A stretch of DNA of 64,000 bases from a virus (taxonomy: Duplodnaviria; Caudoviricetes), in IMG/VR virus record IMGVR_UViG_3300037067_013225, positions 1 to 64,000 of that record; one strand, given 5' to 3'. Below the pieces are notes generated by a model. It was given only the letters and a program-made list of their open reading frames with translations. It did not search any database and was not told the origin of the DNA. Shown one piece after another: positions 49,701 to 59,939 of this stretch. Within the stretch, counting starts at the first letter, position 1; each line of letters begins with the position of its first letter. The position numbers and the translations under genes are program-made.

Positions 49701-50113
49701 AGTTATCTAATCGCAAAAATGTCCGCCCTCAGTTTGCCGAAGCTCTAGCACCGCAACGTCAGTCACGTATCATGGAGGGGATTAATGCCGCCAACACACA
49801 GCGTCGCCAACAGGAGCGATTTAACGACGTATTGAATCGCGATATAAAAAACACCCTACAGGGTGATACGGATTATATGCCTGGGCCAGAATTTCGTGGG
49901 AAGGTTGGATATTTAAGCCGCATGATGGACAAAAAGATGAAACCGGTTGAAGGTAAGATTGTTGGTGCGCCGGAAACTTTGGGCGGGAATCCTCAGAAAT
50001 TCGACATATATAGCACTCGCGGTATTCATCGTATGGGAACGCCAGAGATTGAAAAAATATATCAGGGCGTTAATGATTTGGCTTCTAAGAGCGAAATCGC
50101 TTTTGATCAATAA
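46787..50113 (+). CDS. multidomain probable virion protein: DUF5661-like, kinase-like and M15-type peptidase
   Basis: GMNVEHEH...KIALAHLRE..DYYDKL; LGEGLYRRVY...VVKIP...DVHSGNFG...SLDY; EGFRT..RQ..L...HGAGFAVDI...DFNHYE. Confidence 0.75.
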   Translation: MKYGNAIIARRLLCKAIKYPYSEKDAEKIGKKIGASEEEIARLRQGMNVEHEHDQDSETNVAHGRHKIVAKIALAHLREMLDYYDKLKTIEKGNSQFQAYASAYSDFSNLANNDTLRNLDTLQDQYLEATGIDHNYANQVLDQIKKTVVPLAKQYNQTWDKYSQIIAAPRLMQFGLNRLDENDFDNPMLLARGHFRNYGKALNNFKNFLSGQLTQPRDNFAKADRYETQPGKSLLDVMHRVLKFNSEHPPTPQPIVTPEDKNRHEQITHIHSLRETPETESPFIGGDTFDKALSPQHHQSILSQLEGKNEDELRAGGILGDRLGEGLYRRVYSLKQYPGLVVKIPLSDRSIENNKTEYQHYQKFRDSGAKKYVAPIYGITSNGISLAKRVDPLPKDVANQLDRLDILSNPMHEARLKKIVGLGVDDVHSGNFGIDRGKLVSLDYNKAIPDPLDTSKDVELVDQSLEHLDPDFSEMILSLIDRARDFGLELYIREGFRTRARQQYLSDVVNAQGAGVAPPIYTQEGMIDFDERTFPHGAGFAVDIGIKGLEQQEDAYHAFLHKLWAAMYPGKVNPDPIPDDFNHYEASKEFIDKNSRDLTESDHYGEFMDIFSKARRAIAGKSRAWGDILHHYIRDIHTPGLDNRSVIPVDKYKSILANAISYHIRNHRPGAHEYEQRTPEETKIRTSLFHNLMEGKGLDDRYLSDLDPAHDSKIRALQGLVNETNWSSRDDLEKLERNVTRLNNVPSAPATASSPPPGALPISEFLNRNKPAPQWTPQALKPRPVVDQALLDRLTSNTPGQDFIDANKQAWKQSFAKPVQAMAQGVEGLGRKMGVIKATYVDQIKERTAQDPYESAGLNQGQISDLVRRLSNVSNPVPRNMQPLLVPQSTPEPSQDPYEAAGLEKKKISDLVQRLLNIRYKEPENILQPETQEPTSSSDIVSTSTDTNDLISQAESDFAPKPRFMSERSYNQLSNRKNVRPQFAEALAPQRQSRIMEGINAANTQRRQQERFNDVLNRDIKNTLQGDTDYMPGPEFRGKVGYLSRMMDKKMKPVEGKIVGAPETLGGNPQKFDIYSTRGIHRMGTPEIEKIYQGVNDLASKSEIAFDQ

Positions 50114-51495
50114 ACCGCAAAACGATTATCCCTAACATGCCCGATAGATAACATCAGAGAGCATACAATATCATCATGTATGCCTTCAAACGTAATATGA
50201 CCTTTCGATGTTTCTTCGGCACGATATCCTAGCAGTTCGTCCTTAATTTCCGGTTCATCCCACATGGCAATATCTTCGCTAGCGAGTTTAACACATAGCC
50301 GTTCTACTAATTGATTTTTCTTGTCGTTGGTAAATTTAAATCCAAGTATTCTGACGCCATAAATACCATACTTATCTTTAAGGCGTCGCTCTACTTCTCT
50401 TGGTATGGACGATCCTTCTCCAGTTGCATCTATAATTACATCTAGCACTCTTCCGCGCGTATACAGACTCGCAATAAACTGACATATACGGTCGATATTC
50501 TGATCATCGCCTAGCTGATTCCATTTGTCATAACCGACCATTTTGTATTCGTCTGTAAATGCCGTACATACGGTACAGTCGTATAAGCGTGCATAATCAA
50601 TCCCGATAGTGATGTGTTCGTTCGGATATGGTGTATAAAATCCGCGTGGAAACCAGATATCTTCAGTAAAGGCGAATACTTCGCCGGTCATTGAATCGAA
50701 ATCGCCATCCCATTCTTTTTTAAATTGGCCGATTTTATATGCGGTTCCGATAGCATATGCTTCTTCTTTGGCGGCATAATAGTCTGTGGATGATGAAAAT
50801 GGGTTATCTAGGATGTGCAATTTAAATGCGCGTAATCTAGCTTTATCTATGTTCGACATTTTTCGTTGTTGGCGATCTGCCAACTTCCACATTTCTTTAA
50901 ACCAGTTATCACCACGCGGACTAGAGATTGCTAGAAATTTGCCCATTCGTGCCGCACGGTTTAATGTTGGTTTCACTAATTCGTATGCTTCATTCTCGAT
51001 AATACCAGCTTCGTCCGCAACTAATAAATCGGTTTCAAAACCAATCACCGCATCTGGATCTTTCGTTGAGAGAACCTTAAGTGTAGAGCCTTGGGTGCCG
51101 ACTTTAAGCGTGATGCTTTGTTCCTGGTTATTTTTTACCATTCTGCCGACTTTGGATTGTAATAATGGGCTGGACATACATGCATTGAAAACTTTATCAA
51201 ACACATAACTACAGTGGTTGTAAGTTGGGCCGATTAAATGTACTTTTCGATTAGGCATTAATAATTCTTCCATCACACGTACTGCGCCGATATGGGATTT
51301 TCCAGTACCACGAGAAGATACCACGTATGTTTCTTTTGCGGGTGTCATTAATATTGGGACTTGTTTGTCATATGGTACTAAGTGTTCTCCGAATTGTTCC
51401 CACAGTGCAATACGCTTATATCCCAGACCAAGCGCGGCATCGCGATCTGTAAGAATTTCCTGATTCATGAACGGCAGCAAGCCATCTCTATTCAT
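50107..51495 (-). CDS. terL: terminase large subunit
   Basis: SSRGTGKS (Walker A), LLVADEAG (Walker B), ISSPRG, GIDYAR, IDATGEG, HDDIVCSL. Confidence 0.92.
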   Translation of the reverse strand: MNRDGLLPFMNQEILTDRDAALGLGYKRIALWEQFGEHLVPYDKQVPILMTPAKETYVVSSRGTGKSHIGAVRVMEELLMPNRKVHLIGPTYNHCSYVFDKVFNACMSSPLLQSKVGRMVKNNQEQSITLKVGTQGSTLKVLSTKDPDAVIGFETDLLVADEAGIIENEAYELVKPTLNRAARMGKFLAISSPRGDNWFKEMWKLADRQQRKMSNIDKARLRAFKLHILDNPFSSSTDYYAAKEEAYAIGTAYKIGQFKKEWDGDFDSMTGEVFAFTEDIWFPRGFYTPYPNEHITIGIDYARLYDCTVCTAFTDEYKMVGYDKWNQLGDDQNIDRICQFIASLYTRGRVLDVIIDATGEGSSIPREVERRLKDKYGIYGVRILGFKFTNDKKNQLVERLCVKLASEDIAMWDEPEIKDELLGYRAEETSKGHITFEGIHDDIVCSLMLSIGHVRDNRFAVY

Positions 51496-52177
51496 TTGGC
51501 TCTACCAATGCATCTGCAAAATCATTCGTAACGTCAGTTTCATCCGATTCTGCGCCATCAATTATATCATTATCTATAACTTCTTCATAATCGACATTGC
51601 GGAATTTCTTAAGATATTCTTCGTTCATTTCGTCTTCATATTTAAGTTTTACACCACGGTCATGCTGAATCAAGATAGTTCTATCTGAGCGATATCCGTA
51701 GAGTTCTGATTCACGTTCTTGTGCTTTCAAAATAACCGCACTCATTTTGGTTAAAGTGTCGAGAAACTTCTGTGGCTCTACTGCTGCCCATTGTTGTTCT
51801 TCTTGAGATAACTGCTCTATAGCAACGCCATTATTTAATTTCGCCATGGCCTGTGCTCTAATGGCGATAGCTTTTGTTTGTTCTGTGTTGAGTGTTTGTT
51901 GTTGGCGTTCCGCTTGCCTAACTAAAACATGTCGTTGGTCTACGGCCTTCTTTGTCTCATTCGACATCTTATCAAGCCATTGACTAGCAACCATAACATA
52001 TTTATAGACTTTATTTCGTCCCCAAGTATATCCATCGGCGCGAAGTTTCTTGTAAACATCGATTGGATCGGTATATCCTTGAGACATTAGCTCCATAACG
52101 ATATATACATCCTCCATTACTTTTTCAAGTGCAGGATTCTTACTTATTTGCGACGGTGTATGTACAATATCCGACAT
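51488..52177 (-). CDS. probable terminase small subunit
   Basis: directly upstream of and overlapping terL; helical with acidic tail; positional inference. Confidence 0.55.
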   Translation of the reverse strand: MSDIVHTPSQISKNPALEKVMEDVYIVMELMSQGYTDPIDVYKKLRADGYTWGRNKVYKYVMVASQWLDKMSNETKKAVDQRHVLVRQAERQQQTLNTEQTKAIAIRAQAMAKLNNGVAIEQLSQEEQQWAAVEPQKFLDTLTKMSAVILKAQERESELYGYRSDRTILIQHDRGVKLKYEDEMNEEYLKKFRNVDYEEVIDNDIIDGAESDETDVTNDFADALVEPNE

Positions 52178-52243
52178 GCTTGTTATTTACCCAAAAAAAT
52201 CCCCCCATTGCTGGGGGGAGAGCTTATAGTGTTAATTATAATA

Positions 52244-52810
52244 TTAAAGATCTTTCCAATTGACAGATAATTGTATTAATTCATTGGCACATATTTGTTT
52301 TGTAATAATATCAAATGTTTTCTCACAGAAAATACCATTCATTAATTCGTGTCCAGACTTGCAACTTTCTCCAGGGTTTGATTTGCGACTAGAAACTGCA
52401 CAACGGAGAGATGAACTTAGCCATTCTGATGGATCTGTTTCGTCATCACCATCTTGATCCGGATATATAGTTTTTGTCATCTGAATTGAATACTGATTAT
52501 TTTCAGTGAAGAACAGTAAACTGCATTTTAATTCATGGTACGTCCATTTCCCCAATGTATCCCTGTATAGCGGATTTTCGCCATTCAAATATGCACGAGT
52601 ATCATTGGTCGTACTAATGGAATAACTGTTGCCAAAGAAAAAATCTCCGATATCGTATTTTTGCGTTACGATATGTGATAGCAGATGCTCCGCCCATTTT
52701 ATAAATTGGGGGAACTCTTTTCGGACGAAATGTAGTATTTCGTTATGCGTGACGTGATTTGGACCGTCTACGTAGTTGTTCATTGTTTTTCCTTTGTCCT
52801 TTTGGGACAC
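52244..52810 (-). CDS. hypothetical protein
   Basis: 188 aa; followed on - strand by a hairpin plus T run at about 52193-52217. Confidence 0.65.
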   Translation of the reverse strand: MSQKDKGKTMNNYVDGPNHVTHNEILHFVRKEFPQFIKWAEHLLSHIVTQKYDIGDFFFGNSYSISTTNDTRAYLNGENPLYRDTLGKWTYHELKCSLLFFTENNQYSIQMTKTIYPDQDGDDETDPSEWLSSSLRCAVSSRKSNPGESCKSGHELMNGIFCEKTFDIITKQICANELIQLSVNWKDL

Positions 52811-52898
52811 TTTGCGCGATGACTATACAACGTTTCACTCACAAGCGTTATACCCACTTTTATCTATAATTATCGGAATAAGGGGTATATTACTAACG

Positions 52899-55043
52899 AT
52901 GGCTTTTAATATCCTGGATATTTTTCGCACAGATTTTTGGGACTTCCGCAAAGAACGCAAAGCACGCGGTATGGTACGTCCGCCCGCGCGAATTGTATCT
53001 ATCGATCCGGAATATCGTCCGTATGATCGCGGGCGCGGTCAGGATATCAGATCGGAAACCCACTGGCAAATACCTTTTGTTCAACAGAAGGCTCTATATC
53101 AGAGGAATGCTTGGGTTAAAAAATGTATAGATCATATCGCATCTAATGCGGCTGGATTAGAATGGCAAATAACCGTAGAGGATGAGTATCTTTCAGAATT
53201 AGAATCCGATCCTCGTCTCAAACTGGCAAAAGAATTAGTTACACGATTATTTTTACGGCCCAATACATTGGGTATTTCATTCCAAGATATGATTAAGATG
53301 ATCGTTCGAGATCTGAAAATTATGGATGCTGCCGTTATTGAAAAGGTACGAGATCCGAAAGGACGTTTAGTTCAGCTAAAACCATTTGGTGCCGAAACTA
53401 TCCGTATAGATGTTGATGAGCATGGAAAGATTCACCAATATATTCAGCAGTTGCGTGGTACGAATTTGTTTGGTATGTATGCCAATTCATATAAGGCATT
53501 TCCTCGGCTAGATGATCGTAGAGATGATGGTTATATTACTTTCGAACCAGACAACGTTATTTATATGCGCTTGAACCCGCGTTCAGAAAGCCCCTATGGC
53601 TCTAGTCCTATATCTAGTTTAGTAGAGGCATTGTATGCGGATATTTCCACAGATATTAGTTTATATAACTATTTATTTACCGGTGGCGTTAATGTTGGAT
53701 TTCTTTCCATTGGACAGGAATTAGATAACGATAAAGTTGAATATATCAGATATAAATTCCATCAATCATCCTCTCCCGGCAATCATTTTGAATTTCCCAT
53801 TTTAGCATCATCGGAAAATGTCGAATGGCACCCCATGCAGGTACCGAATCAGCAGATGCAGATTGCGGAATTACAGATGGAATTGCGCAATAAAATTCTA
53901 GCGGTTCTGTCCGTTCCTCCAAACGAATTAGGTTTAACTGGTAATACGCGCGGACAGGTTTATTCTCAGCAGGACGTTTTCTGGGGCAATGCTGTTATTC
54001 CTATGATGCGAACGATTGCGGATCGTTTCACGAGAGAAATTTTGTGGGAATTTGATGAGCGTCTAAAGTTTGAGTTTTTACCGCCAAAAGAATATCAATA
54101 CGAATCGGTTATATCGCGTATCGTGGCGTTGGAAAAAGAAGGGCTGATATCGGACAAGACTAAAATGGCTTGGCTCAAGTTGCCGCCATTGGAAGAACCG
54201 CATTACGTACAGAAGAAAAAGCAACTCGAATTGCAGCAAATGGAACTATCAGTTAAGGCACAAGCAATAGAGCTAGCGGTACAGGAAAATAACTGGGACG
54301 TTTTGTTGAAGCAGCCGCAACTACAGTACGAAACACAGATGTTGGAAGCGGAAGGACTGAAACAACAGCTTTCCGGCTCTAACCAAAACGATGATCTAGC
54401 GTTAAAGCAACTAGAGCTACAGAAGCAACAGATATCATTGCAAGATCGTCAGATGAAAAATGAGTTGGTATTAACGGATAAGGAATTTGAATTAAAGAAA
54501 CTAGAAATAGACGGCGCACTAAAACAGTTGCAAAAAGAATATAACATTGCTGTAGTCGGTGGACAACAGCAACCGGAAACTCCGACCAGCCAAATGAGCA
54601 ATGAACAAATTGTTCAAGGTCTTGTCACCGGGCAACTAAACACTTCGGCTCTATCTCAGATGATGCAAAATGGACAAATTAATCCCGAACAATTAAAAGA
54701 TATTCGTTCCGCATCTCAGCTATCTAAGACGTTATCTATGGCAAAATCCATTCATGCTATTACGGGATTGCATAACAATATTGATGAGATTAAACCGATT
54801 AAGCCAAATAATCCTGGATTGCGCATTAAAGAAAATGAGGCTGAACTGAGCGGTCCACGATTCGATTTCGCCCAGATATCCAAGGTATTTAATTCCAGTT
54901 TATTGCAGCAAATTAAACCGGGCGAAGGTTATGTTAAGAAAGATACGCCCGGACGTTTGAACGAATTGGTACAGCCCGATATAGATCAGGTAGAATATGA
55001 GGCACGCGAAAATGTCGAGAATCCCCGACCCGAAAGAATCTGA
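52899..55043 (+). CDS. portal protein with long Gln/Leu coiled-coil extension
   Basis: WVKKCIDHIA, RPN, YGSSPI, VPPNELG, VIPMM; restart at MAFNILD behind GGG-TATATT. Confidence 0.88.
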   Translation: MAFNILDIFRTDFWDFRKERKARGMVRPPARIVSIDPEYRPYDRGRGQDIRSETHWQIPFVQQKALYQRNAWVKKCIDHIASNAAGLEWQITVEDEYLSELESDPRLKLAKELVTRLFLRPNTLGISFQDMIKMIVRDLKIMDAAVIEKVRDPKGRLVQLKPFGAETIRIDVDEHGKIHQYIQQLRGTNLFGMYANSYKAFPRLDDRRDDGYITFEPDNVIYMRLNPRSESPYGSSPISSLVEALYADISTDISLYNYLFTGGVNVGFLSIGQELDNDKVEYIRYKFHQSSSPGNHFEFPILASSENVEWHPMQVPNQQMQIAELQMELRNKILAVLSVPPNELGLTGNTRGQVYSQQDVFWGNAVIPMMRTIADRFTREILWEFDERLKFEFLPPKEYQYESVISRIVALEKEGLISDKTKMAWLKLPPLEEPHYVQKKKQLELQQMELSVKAQAIELAVQENNWDVLLKQPQLQYETQMLEAEGLKQQLSGSNQNDDLALKQLELQKQQISLQDRQMKNELVLTDKEFELKKLEIDGALKQLQKEYNIAVVGGQQQPETPTSQMSNEQIVQGLVTGQLNTSALSQMMQNGQINPEQLKDIRSASQLSKTLSMAKSIHAITGLHNNIDEIKPIKPNNPGLRIKENEAELSGPRFDFAQISKVFNSSLLQQIKPGEGYVKKDTPGRLNELVQPDIDQVEYEARENVENPRPERI

Positions 55044-55195
55044 ACCAAAGACAGTTTATAATCCGAGTTTTGTAGAGGCTGGAGATGTTCCAGTAATGTT
55101 TTTAATGTCTTTAACTCGCGGTACAGAAGATGGCCCATTTCTGGGAATCCCGGAAAATGCAAAAGAATTAGGTTAAAATTGGTTAAAATAAGGTT

Positions 55196-55813
55196 ATGGC
55201 AAAGTCTGAAATTGAACGCCTAGATCATGGCTTTAAGTTTAAGCATCATCGTTTGCACAAATTGCTTCATTTTATTATGGATTTGCGCAAAGATAAGGGT
55301 GCAAAATCCTACGATTACGAGCAGCAGATTTTACAATTGGCTAGGATTTTAGTACAGCATCAAGATTTTGCCGATATTTCTAGATGGTCTCCCGAAGAAC
55401 TCTGGCATTACCAAGAGGGGCATCATGATGCCGATTGGAAACGTGCCGTTCGATACATGAATGATTATTTGTGTCCGCCCGAAGGCGATCAAGAACGGAA
55501 AGAATATAACTATCAGATGTATGTACGTAACGTGGAAGATTACGCTTCTACAGTGAACAAGCCACAGATGTCTAGAGGTTTCGCACGCAATACGGAATGG
55601 GAAAATTCTGAAGTGGCTGCGATGAATCCTCCATCATATCCCAAGAGCGATTCAGATCCATCCAATTACGGATTTTATCAAACGCCATTTAAACGTCCCG
55701 ATGCGAATATCTATTTGGAAAATGATCAATTTAATCAAAAACTTATGGAGAAGCTTGCGAATAGCGAATATTTTGCGATGATTTTGCGCAAGAAAGGCCG
55801 GGATAAAAAGTAA
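55196..55813 (+). CDS. head-region hypothetical protein
   Basis: TAAAAT-6nt-ATG; between portal and protease. Confidence 0.7.
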   Translation: MAKSEIERLDHGFKFKHHRLHKLLHFIMDLRKDKGAKSYDYEQQILQLARILVQHQDFADISRWSPEELWHYQEGHHDADWKRAVRYMNDYLCPPEGDQERKEYNYQMYVRNVEDYASTVNKPQMSRGFARNTEWENSEVAAMNPPSYPKSDSDPSNYGFYQTPFKRPDANIYLENDQFNQKLMEKLANSEYFAMILRKKGRDKK

Positions 55814-57810
55814 TGAGTCCGTATCGTAGTGATCAACAGCGGAAATGGGCGCACACTAAATCTGGGGTAGAGGCATTGGGCAAAGCTGGCGTTAAAGAAT
55901 GGGATAAAAAGTCCAAAGGTAAAAAACTTCCCAAACGAGTCAAGAAGAAGAAAATGAAGAAAGCGATAGCGCCAGATCAGGTAGAGGGGACTTATCATCC
56001 GGATGTCCGTGCTCAGATTCGTAAATATCTTGCACAGCCAAATAGTAATTTTTCAAGGCAAATGAACGCGCAAGCCGAGAGAAATCAGATGATCAATCCT
56101 GCATTCGGGCAATCGCCAACTGGTAGGAATTTAGAGAAATTAGAGTCGAAACAAAACGAGCATGCCTTTCATGATGAAATGGGTATGGATGAACGACTAC
56201 TTAAAGATCAAAATCGTGAAGCAAAATTTCCCATGCGCCCCCCAACATATGGTGATGGTGCTGCATTCGTAAAACCACCTGAATTTAAGGAAAAAGAAAT
56301 GGTTGATGATCGTCGTAACGCAATAGTTAAGGCTCTTGTATTTGAGTTTATCGAAGATGCTCGTGCCAATGGTTATGAGTTGGAGCCTGAAGACACTGCG
56401 CCACTGGCATCATTCGTAATTGATACCCTAGATACTGTACGAAAAGCAGCCAATGTGCCTGATAATCAGTTGACGGATTTCATTGAGCGATTTGACAAAG
56501 ATATTCGCGCCAATGCTCTCAACAAACTTGATTCATGGTATGAAGACCAGATGCTACAAAAATCTGTCAATGAACTAACATACCACCCAGAGCATACTCG
56601 CGCCCATGAAACCGAGGACGAGAATGGTCAGATGTGGCATGAGGGCATGATCAAGAAGGGTCGTATTTACGATTTGCCGGTTGAGTTACGAGAACACCTA
56701 GATAAGTATCATGGTTTCAATAAGGTGTTTCACTGCCATGTTGAAGGTACCGATCCACTAATCTTTGGTAAAAGCGCGACATATCATCGCAACAATGGTG
56801 GCGTTTTAGAGCGTGGATATTTGCACGAAGTTATTCATCGTCTAGATGAGAAAGCTTATCGTGAGCAGATGACCGGACAATACGAGGAAGCAACAGACGA
56901 GCAGATTGCTACCTATGATGACTTTAATAAAGGTACAATATATGCCGGAATGGTTTGGGCTGACGGAGTAATAACTACACCGGAACTAGCAGAACATCTA
57001 AATCTTTTCCATGGTATGGGACACCAAGGCAAGCTAAAGTATCAGCCGCACCCAGTGGAAATTCCCATGATTGGTCCATCTGGTGTACATGTTCAGATGC
57101 AGGCTCTAAAAAAGGCCGCGCCAGTGGTAGAAAATCCAGTTCATGAGAGTAATGCGGTGGATGAACTGAAGGCTCTTTTTGAACAAGGTAAAAAAAAAAG
57201 ATTAATTAAGGCACCGCTAGGCGCTGCTAGTGAAGATGAGGAATCTGCCCGACAGGGTTATCAGTACGAGGAACCCCAAATACCGCAAGCAGAACCAGAT
57301 ACAATGTTAGCTCCGCAACGTGTCTCAGAGTCACCACTAGAACCGGATATTGAGCCTGACGACTATGATTATAGTCAGGAAGATATTGGTCCATCTGACT
57401 ACAATCCCGAAGATGAAAGCCAGTATAATGATGTTATTGGCAAATTATCACCCGTTATGGGCGATTGGCTTAGTTCCAAGATGTCCAAATTGGGTGTTAA
57501 TAGATTAATGCAGCTAAGTGGGAAGGGGATCAAAGATCTCACCTCCAATTTCGTTCACGATGTACAAAATGCCACACACATTTCATCCGCTAATGCGGCC
57601 AAACTAACGAGTGCTTTTAGAGACAGTATGCATCACGGAAGGTTGCGCGAATTTGCATCACTTAGTGGGAATCCAGCGCTAGAACAAATGTACGAAAATG
57701 AAGATCCTCAACTAATCCTGCTTCATAATATGGCTTTCCCCGAAACAACCATCCGGCCCAATCTATTTAATGCGCAAGGGGAGAGCAAGCAGAGTGAGCC
57801 GATTCAGTGA
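55813..57810 (+). CDS. head-region protein with many K-A/S/G motifs
   Basis: basic N-terminus MSPYRSDQQRKWAH; acidic low-complexity segments. Confidence 0.7.
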   Translation: MSPYRSDQQRKWAHTKSGVEALGKAGVKEWDKKSKGKKLPKRVKKKKMKKAIAPDQVEGTYHPDVRAQIRKYLAQPNSNFSRQMNAQAERNQMINPAFGQSPTGRNLEKLESKQNEHAFHDEMGMDERLLKDQNREAKFPMRPPTYGDGAAFVKPPEFKEKEMVDDRRNAIVKALVFEFIEDARANGYELEPEDTAPLASFVIDTLDTVRKAANVPDNQLTDFIERFDKDIRANALNKLDSWYEDQMLQKSVNELTYHPEHTRAHETEDENGQMWHEGMIKKGRIYDLPVELREHLDKYHGFNKVFHCHVEGTDPLIFGKSATYHRNNGGVLERGYLHEVIHRLDEKAYREQMTGQYEEATDEQIATYDDFNKGTIYAGMVWADGVITTPELAEHLNLFHGMGHQGKLKYQPHPVEIPMIGPSGVHVQMQALKKAAPVVENPVHESNAVDELKALFEQGKKKRLIKAPLGAASEDEESARQGYQYEEPQIPQAEPDTMLAPQRVSESPLEPDIEPDDYDYSQEDIGPSDYNPEDESQYNDVIGKLSPVMGDWLSSKMSKLGVNRLMQLSGKGIKDLTSNFVHDVQNATHISSANAAKLTSAFRDSMHHGRLREFASLSGNPALEQMYENEDPQLILLHNMAFPETTIRPNLFNAQGESKQSEPIQ

Positions 57811-59180
57811 TTAGGGACATTGTTTGCGACTTATTAAAGGGGCATCCATATTTCGGGAATGTGGGAGAGTTTGCACAACGTCAGATAATCCGTGCATATA
57901 TTTTGGATGCTCACGAATATGTTTTCAATGATGATAAAGAAACGTATAAGCTTTTGGAGGCTTTGCAAAATTTTGCACCTGATATTCTTAGTAGAGCCTT
58001 GGGGATTGATGAGGCCGCTAAAACGTCTTGCTTTATGTTTGACGAATTAGAGAAAAAAACTATATTTAAGGGTATGTTTGACAAACAAATACCCAACGAG
58101 GATGAATTCTTTTTTGTCATAGAGACAGCTTTGGCGGAACATCCGTTTATAAGATTTTCGCAAGATAAAATGCACTTAAAGTGTGAAACTGGCGCACCGG
58201 TGATAAATTTGGATTTGGTTGATATCGATAAAGTTGTCAAACATCTGCTAAATCCTAATGTAGAAGTGCCGGAAATTCCCGCAAGCCATCTTCTCCCACT
58301 GAAGCACTTACCATTTAAGGATGATATAATTGCCTATCAATATCCATATTTTATAATCGCACTAATACTTAGAGATCTAGGACCGACTATAAGCAAGGCG
58401 ATTGTAAATCAGATAGATCAAACACAATTAGTTAAGGTTATCAATAACTTGACGAATTATCTAACACCAATATTAAGTGGTGATGAAGTCATATATCAGG
58501 GTTCGGACAATCAATTTAATTTACGATCCATGATATATAATCTAGAGATGGAAAGTTATGGTGTTTCTTCTTCAATGATTAATGATGCAAAGCAAACATA
58601 CATCAGAGACATGGCTCTACTAAAACAGCACATGATATCCAAAAATCAAGATGAAGGATATTGGCATGTAATTAATTATCAGATAGAGAAAATACCCTTT
58701 GTTAGAAGTATGGGGGATTTCGCCGGTCCGCAATTATTAAACGCCTGTTATGAGTTCGTTTCCAACAATATGCATGATGAGGGATTTGCGTCGCAGATAC
58801 CGGATTTATTTGAGACGATTCGTTGCAATGTCGAATCAATCATGGAGCAATTCATGGATGAAGCGGTGATGCCGAAAGTGGTGGAGGATTATAAGGATAA
58901 ATTCATGCAATTCAAGCGGATGGTTCCGCAGTCGGTTTTAAATAGCGCTAACGCGCAACAACTAGCAATAGAACTACTCAAACAAGCGCAATTAGTATAT
59001 TTGAAGAAAATAGGCACATTTATTGCTATGGCTGCACAACATTTTAATTTGCCCATGCCCTATATTCGTGTCGGTTGTGCTGGGGATATGACGGAGCAAT
59101 ACGGATTGGAATTAGCTAAATCTGGTGTTCATGTTTCCAATATTGTGCATAAATTTATTCCGGTGAGTTGGGATGATTGA
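57807..59180 (+). CDS. head-region hypothetical protein
   Basis: 457 aa, coupled. Confidence 0.7.
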   Translation: MIRDIVCDLLKGHPYFGNVGEFAQRQIIRAYILDAHEYVFNDDKETYKLLEALQNFAPDILSRALGIDEAAKTSCFMFDELEKKTIFKGMFDKQIPNEDEFFFVIETALAEHPFIRFSQDKMHLKCETGAPVINLDLVDIDKVVKHLLNPNVEVPEIPASHLLPLKHLPFKDDIIAYQYPYFIIALILRDLGPTISKAIVNQIDQTQLVKVINNLTNYLTPILSGDEVIYQGSDNQFNLRSMIYNLEMESYGVSSSMINDAKQTYIRDMALLKQHMISKNQDEGYWHVINYQIEKIPFVRSMGDFAGPQLLNACYEFVSNNMHDEGFASQIPDLFETIRCNVESIMEQFMDEAVMPKVVEDYKDKFMQFKRMVPQSVLNSANAQQLAIELLKQAQLVYLKKIGTFIAMAAQHFNLPMPYIRVGCAGDMTEQYGLELAKSGVHVSNIVHKFIPVSWDD

Positions 59181-59937
59181 TTTATCCAGATCAATGGATG
59201 TACCACTTCAGGATAATGCTCTCGGAACATATAACGAAGCGCGCATGGTATTTGTTAGCGATATTATAAATACTTTGCCAGATAAAGAAAGAATCATAAA
59301 GCTATATGGTAGCATTCCGAATCTGGTGCGAGAATATATCAAACAGTTACGCGATATTATTCGCGATAATACGACTATAAATATCATCATAGATACGGAT
59401 ATATTTGGGTGTGGTTGCGCGGGATATTCTAATCTGCAAATATTGCAAACTCTACAGGGAATATATGAGTCAGACACCGCCAAGGCTCTAGATGATAGAA
59501 GGATATTCGACTGGATTAAACAAAATCGTACCAGTGTACAAGATCTAGTATCGTTAGTACAGTTAGATGAAATAGATATGGTTCACGTATCTGATACGGA
59601 TGGGGAATATATCCTATATCAGGGCAGAAAAATTCCCAGCAATTTTTCCAGCAAGCTATCAAAGTCCGCAGTGCAGGAATTGGCCGCAGACAGTAGAGCG
59701 ATGGATCAGGTTATGAGACCGAATCCATCTAGCGGAAGATTGCGCAAACAAACGGATATTCCCAGAGAAACTATGGCGATTCTATTTAGAACATTGTTCG
59801 CTTTACCGGATGCTGCTGATGAACGTGGCGAATTAGCCACAGATGTACATAGAGAAATCGATACAAAGAATACACCAGCCGATCCCAAAACATTCCAAAC
59901 TATTTTCAGAAAGTTTTCTAAAACGGGTAAACTTTAG
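59173..59937 (+). CDS. head-region hypothetical protein
   Basis: 254 aa, coupled. Confidence 0.7.
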   Translation: MIDLSRSMDVPLQDNALGTYNEARMVFVSDIINTLPDKERIIKLYGSIPNLVREYIKQLRDIIRDNTTINIIIDTDIFGCGCAGYSNLQILQTLQGIYESDTAKALDDRRIFDWIKQNRTSVQDLVSLVQLDEIDMVHVSDTDGEYILYQGRKIPSNFSSKLSKSAVQELAADSRAMDQVMRPNPSSGRLRKQTDIPRETMAILFRTLFALPDAADERGELATDVHREIDTKNTPADPKTFQTIFRKFSKTGKL

Positions 59938-59939
59938 TT

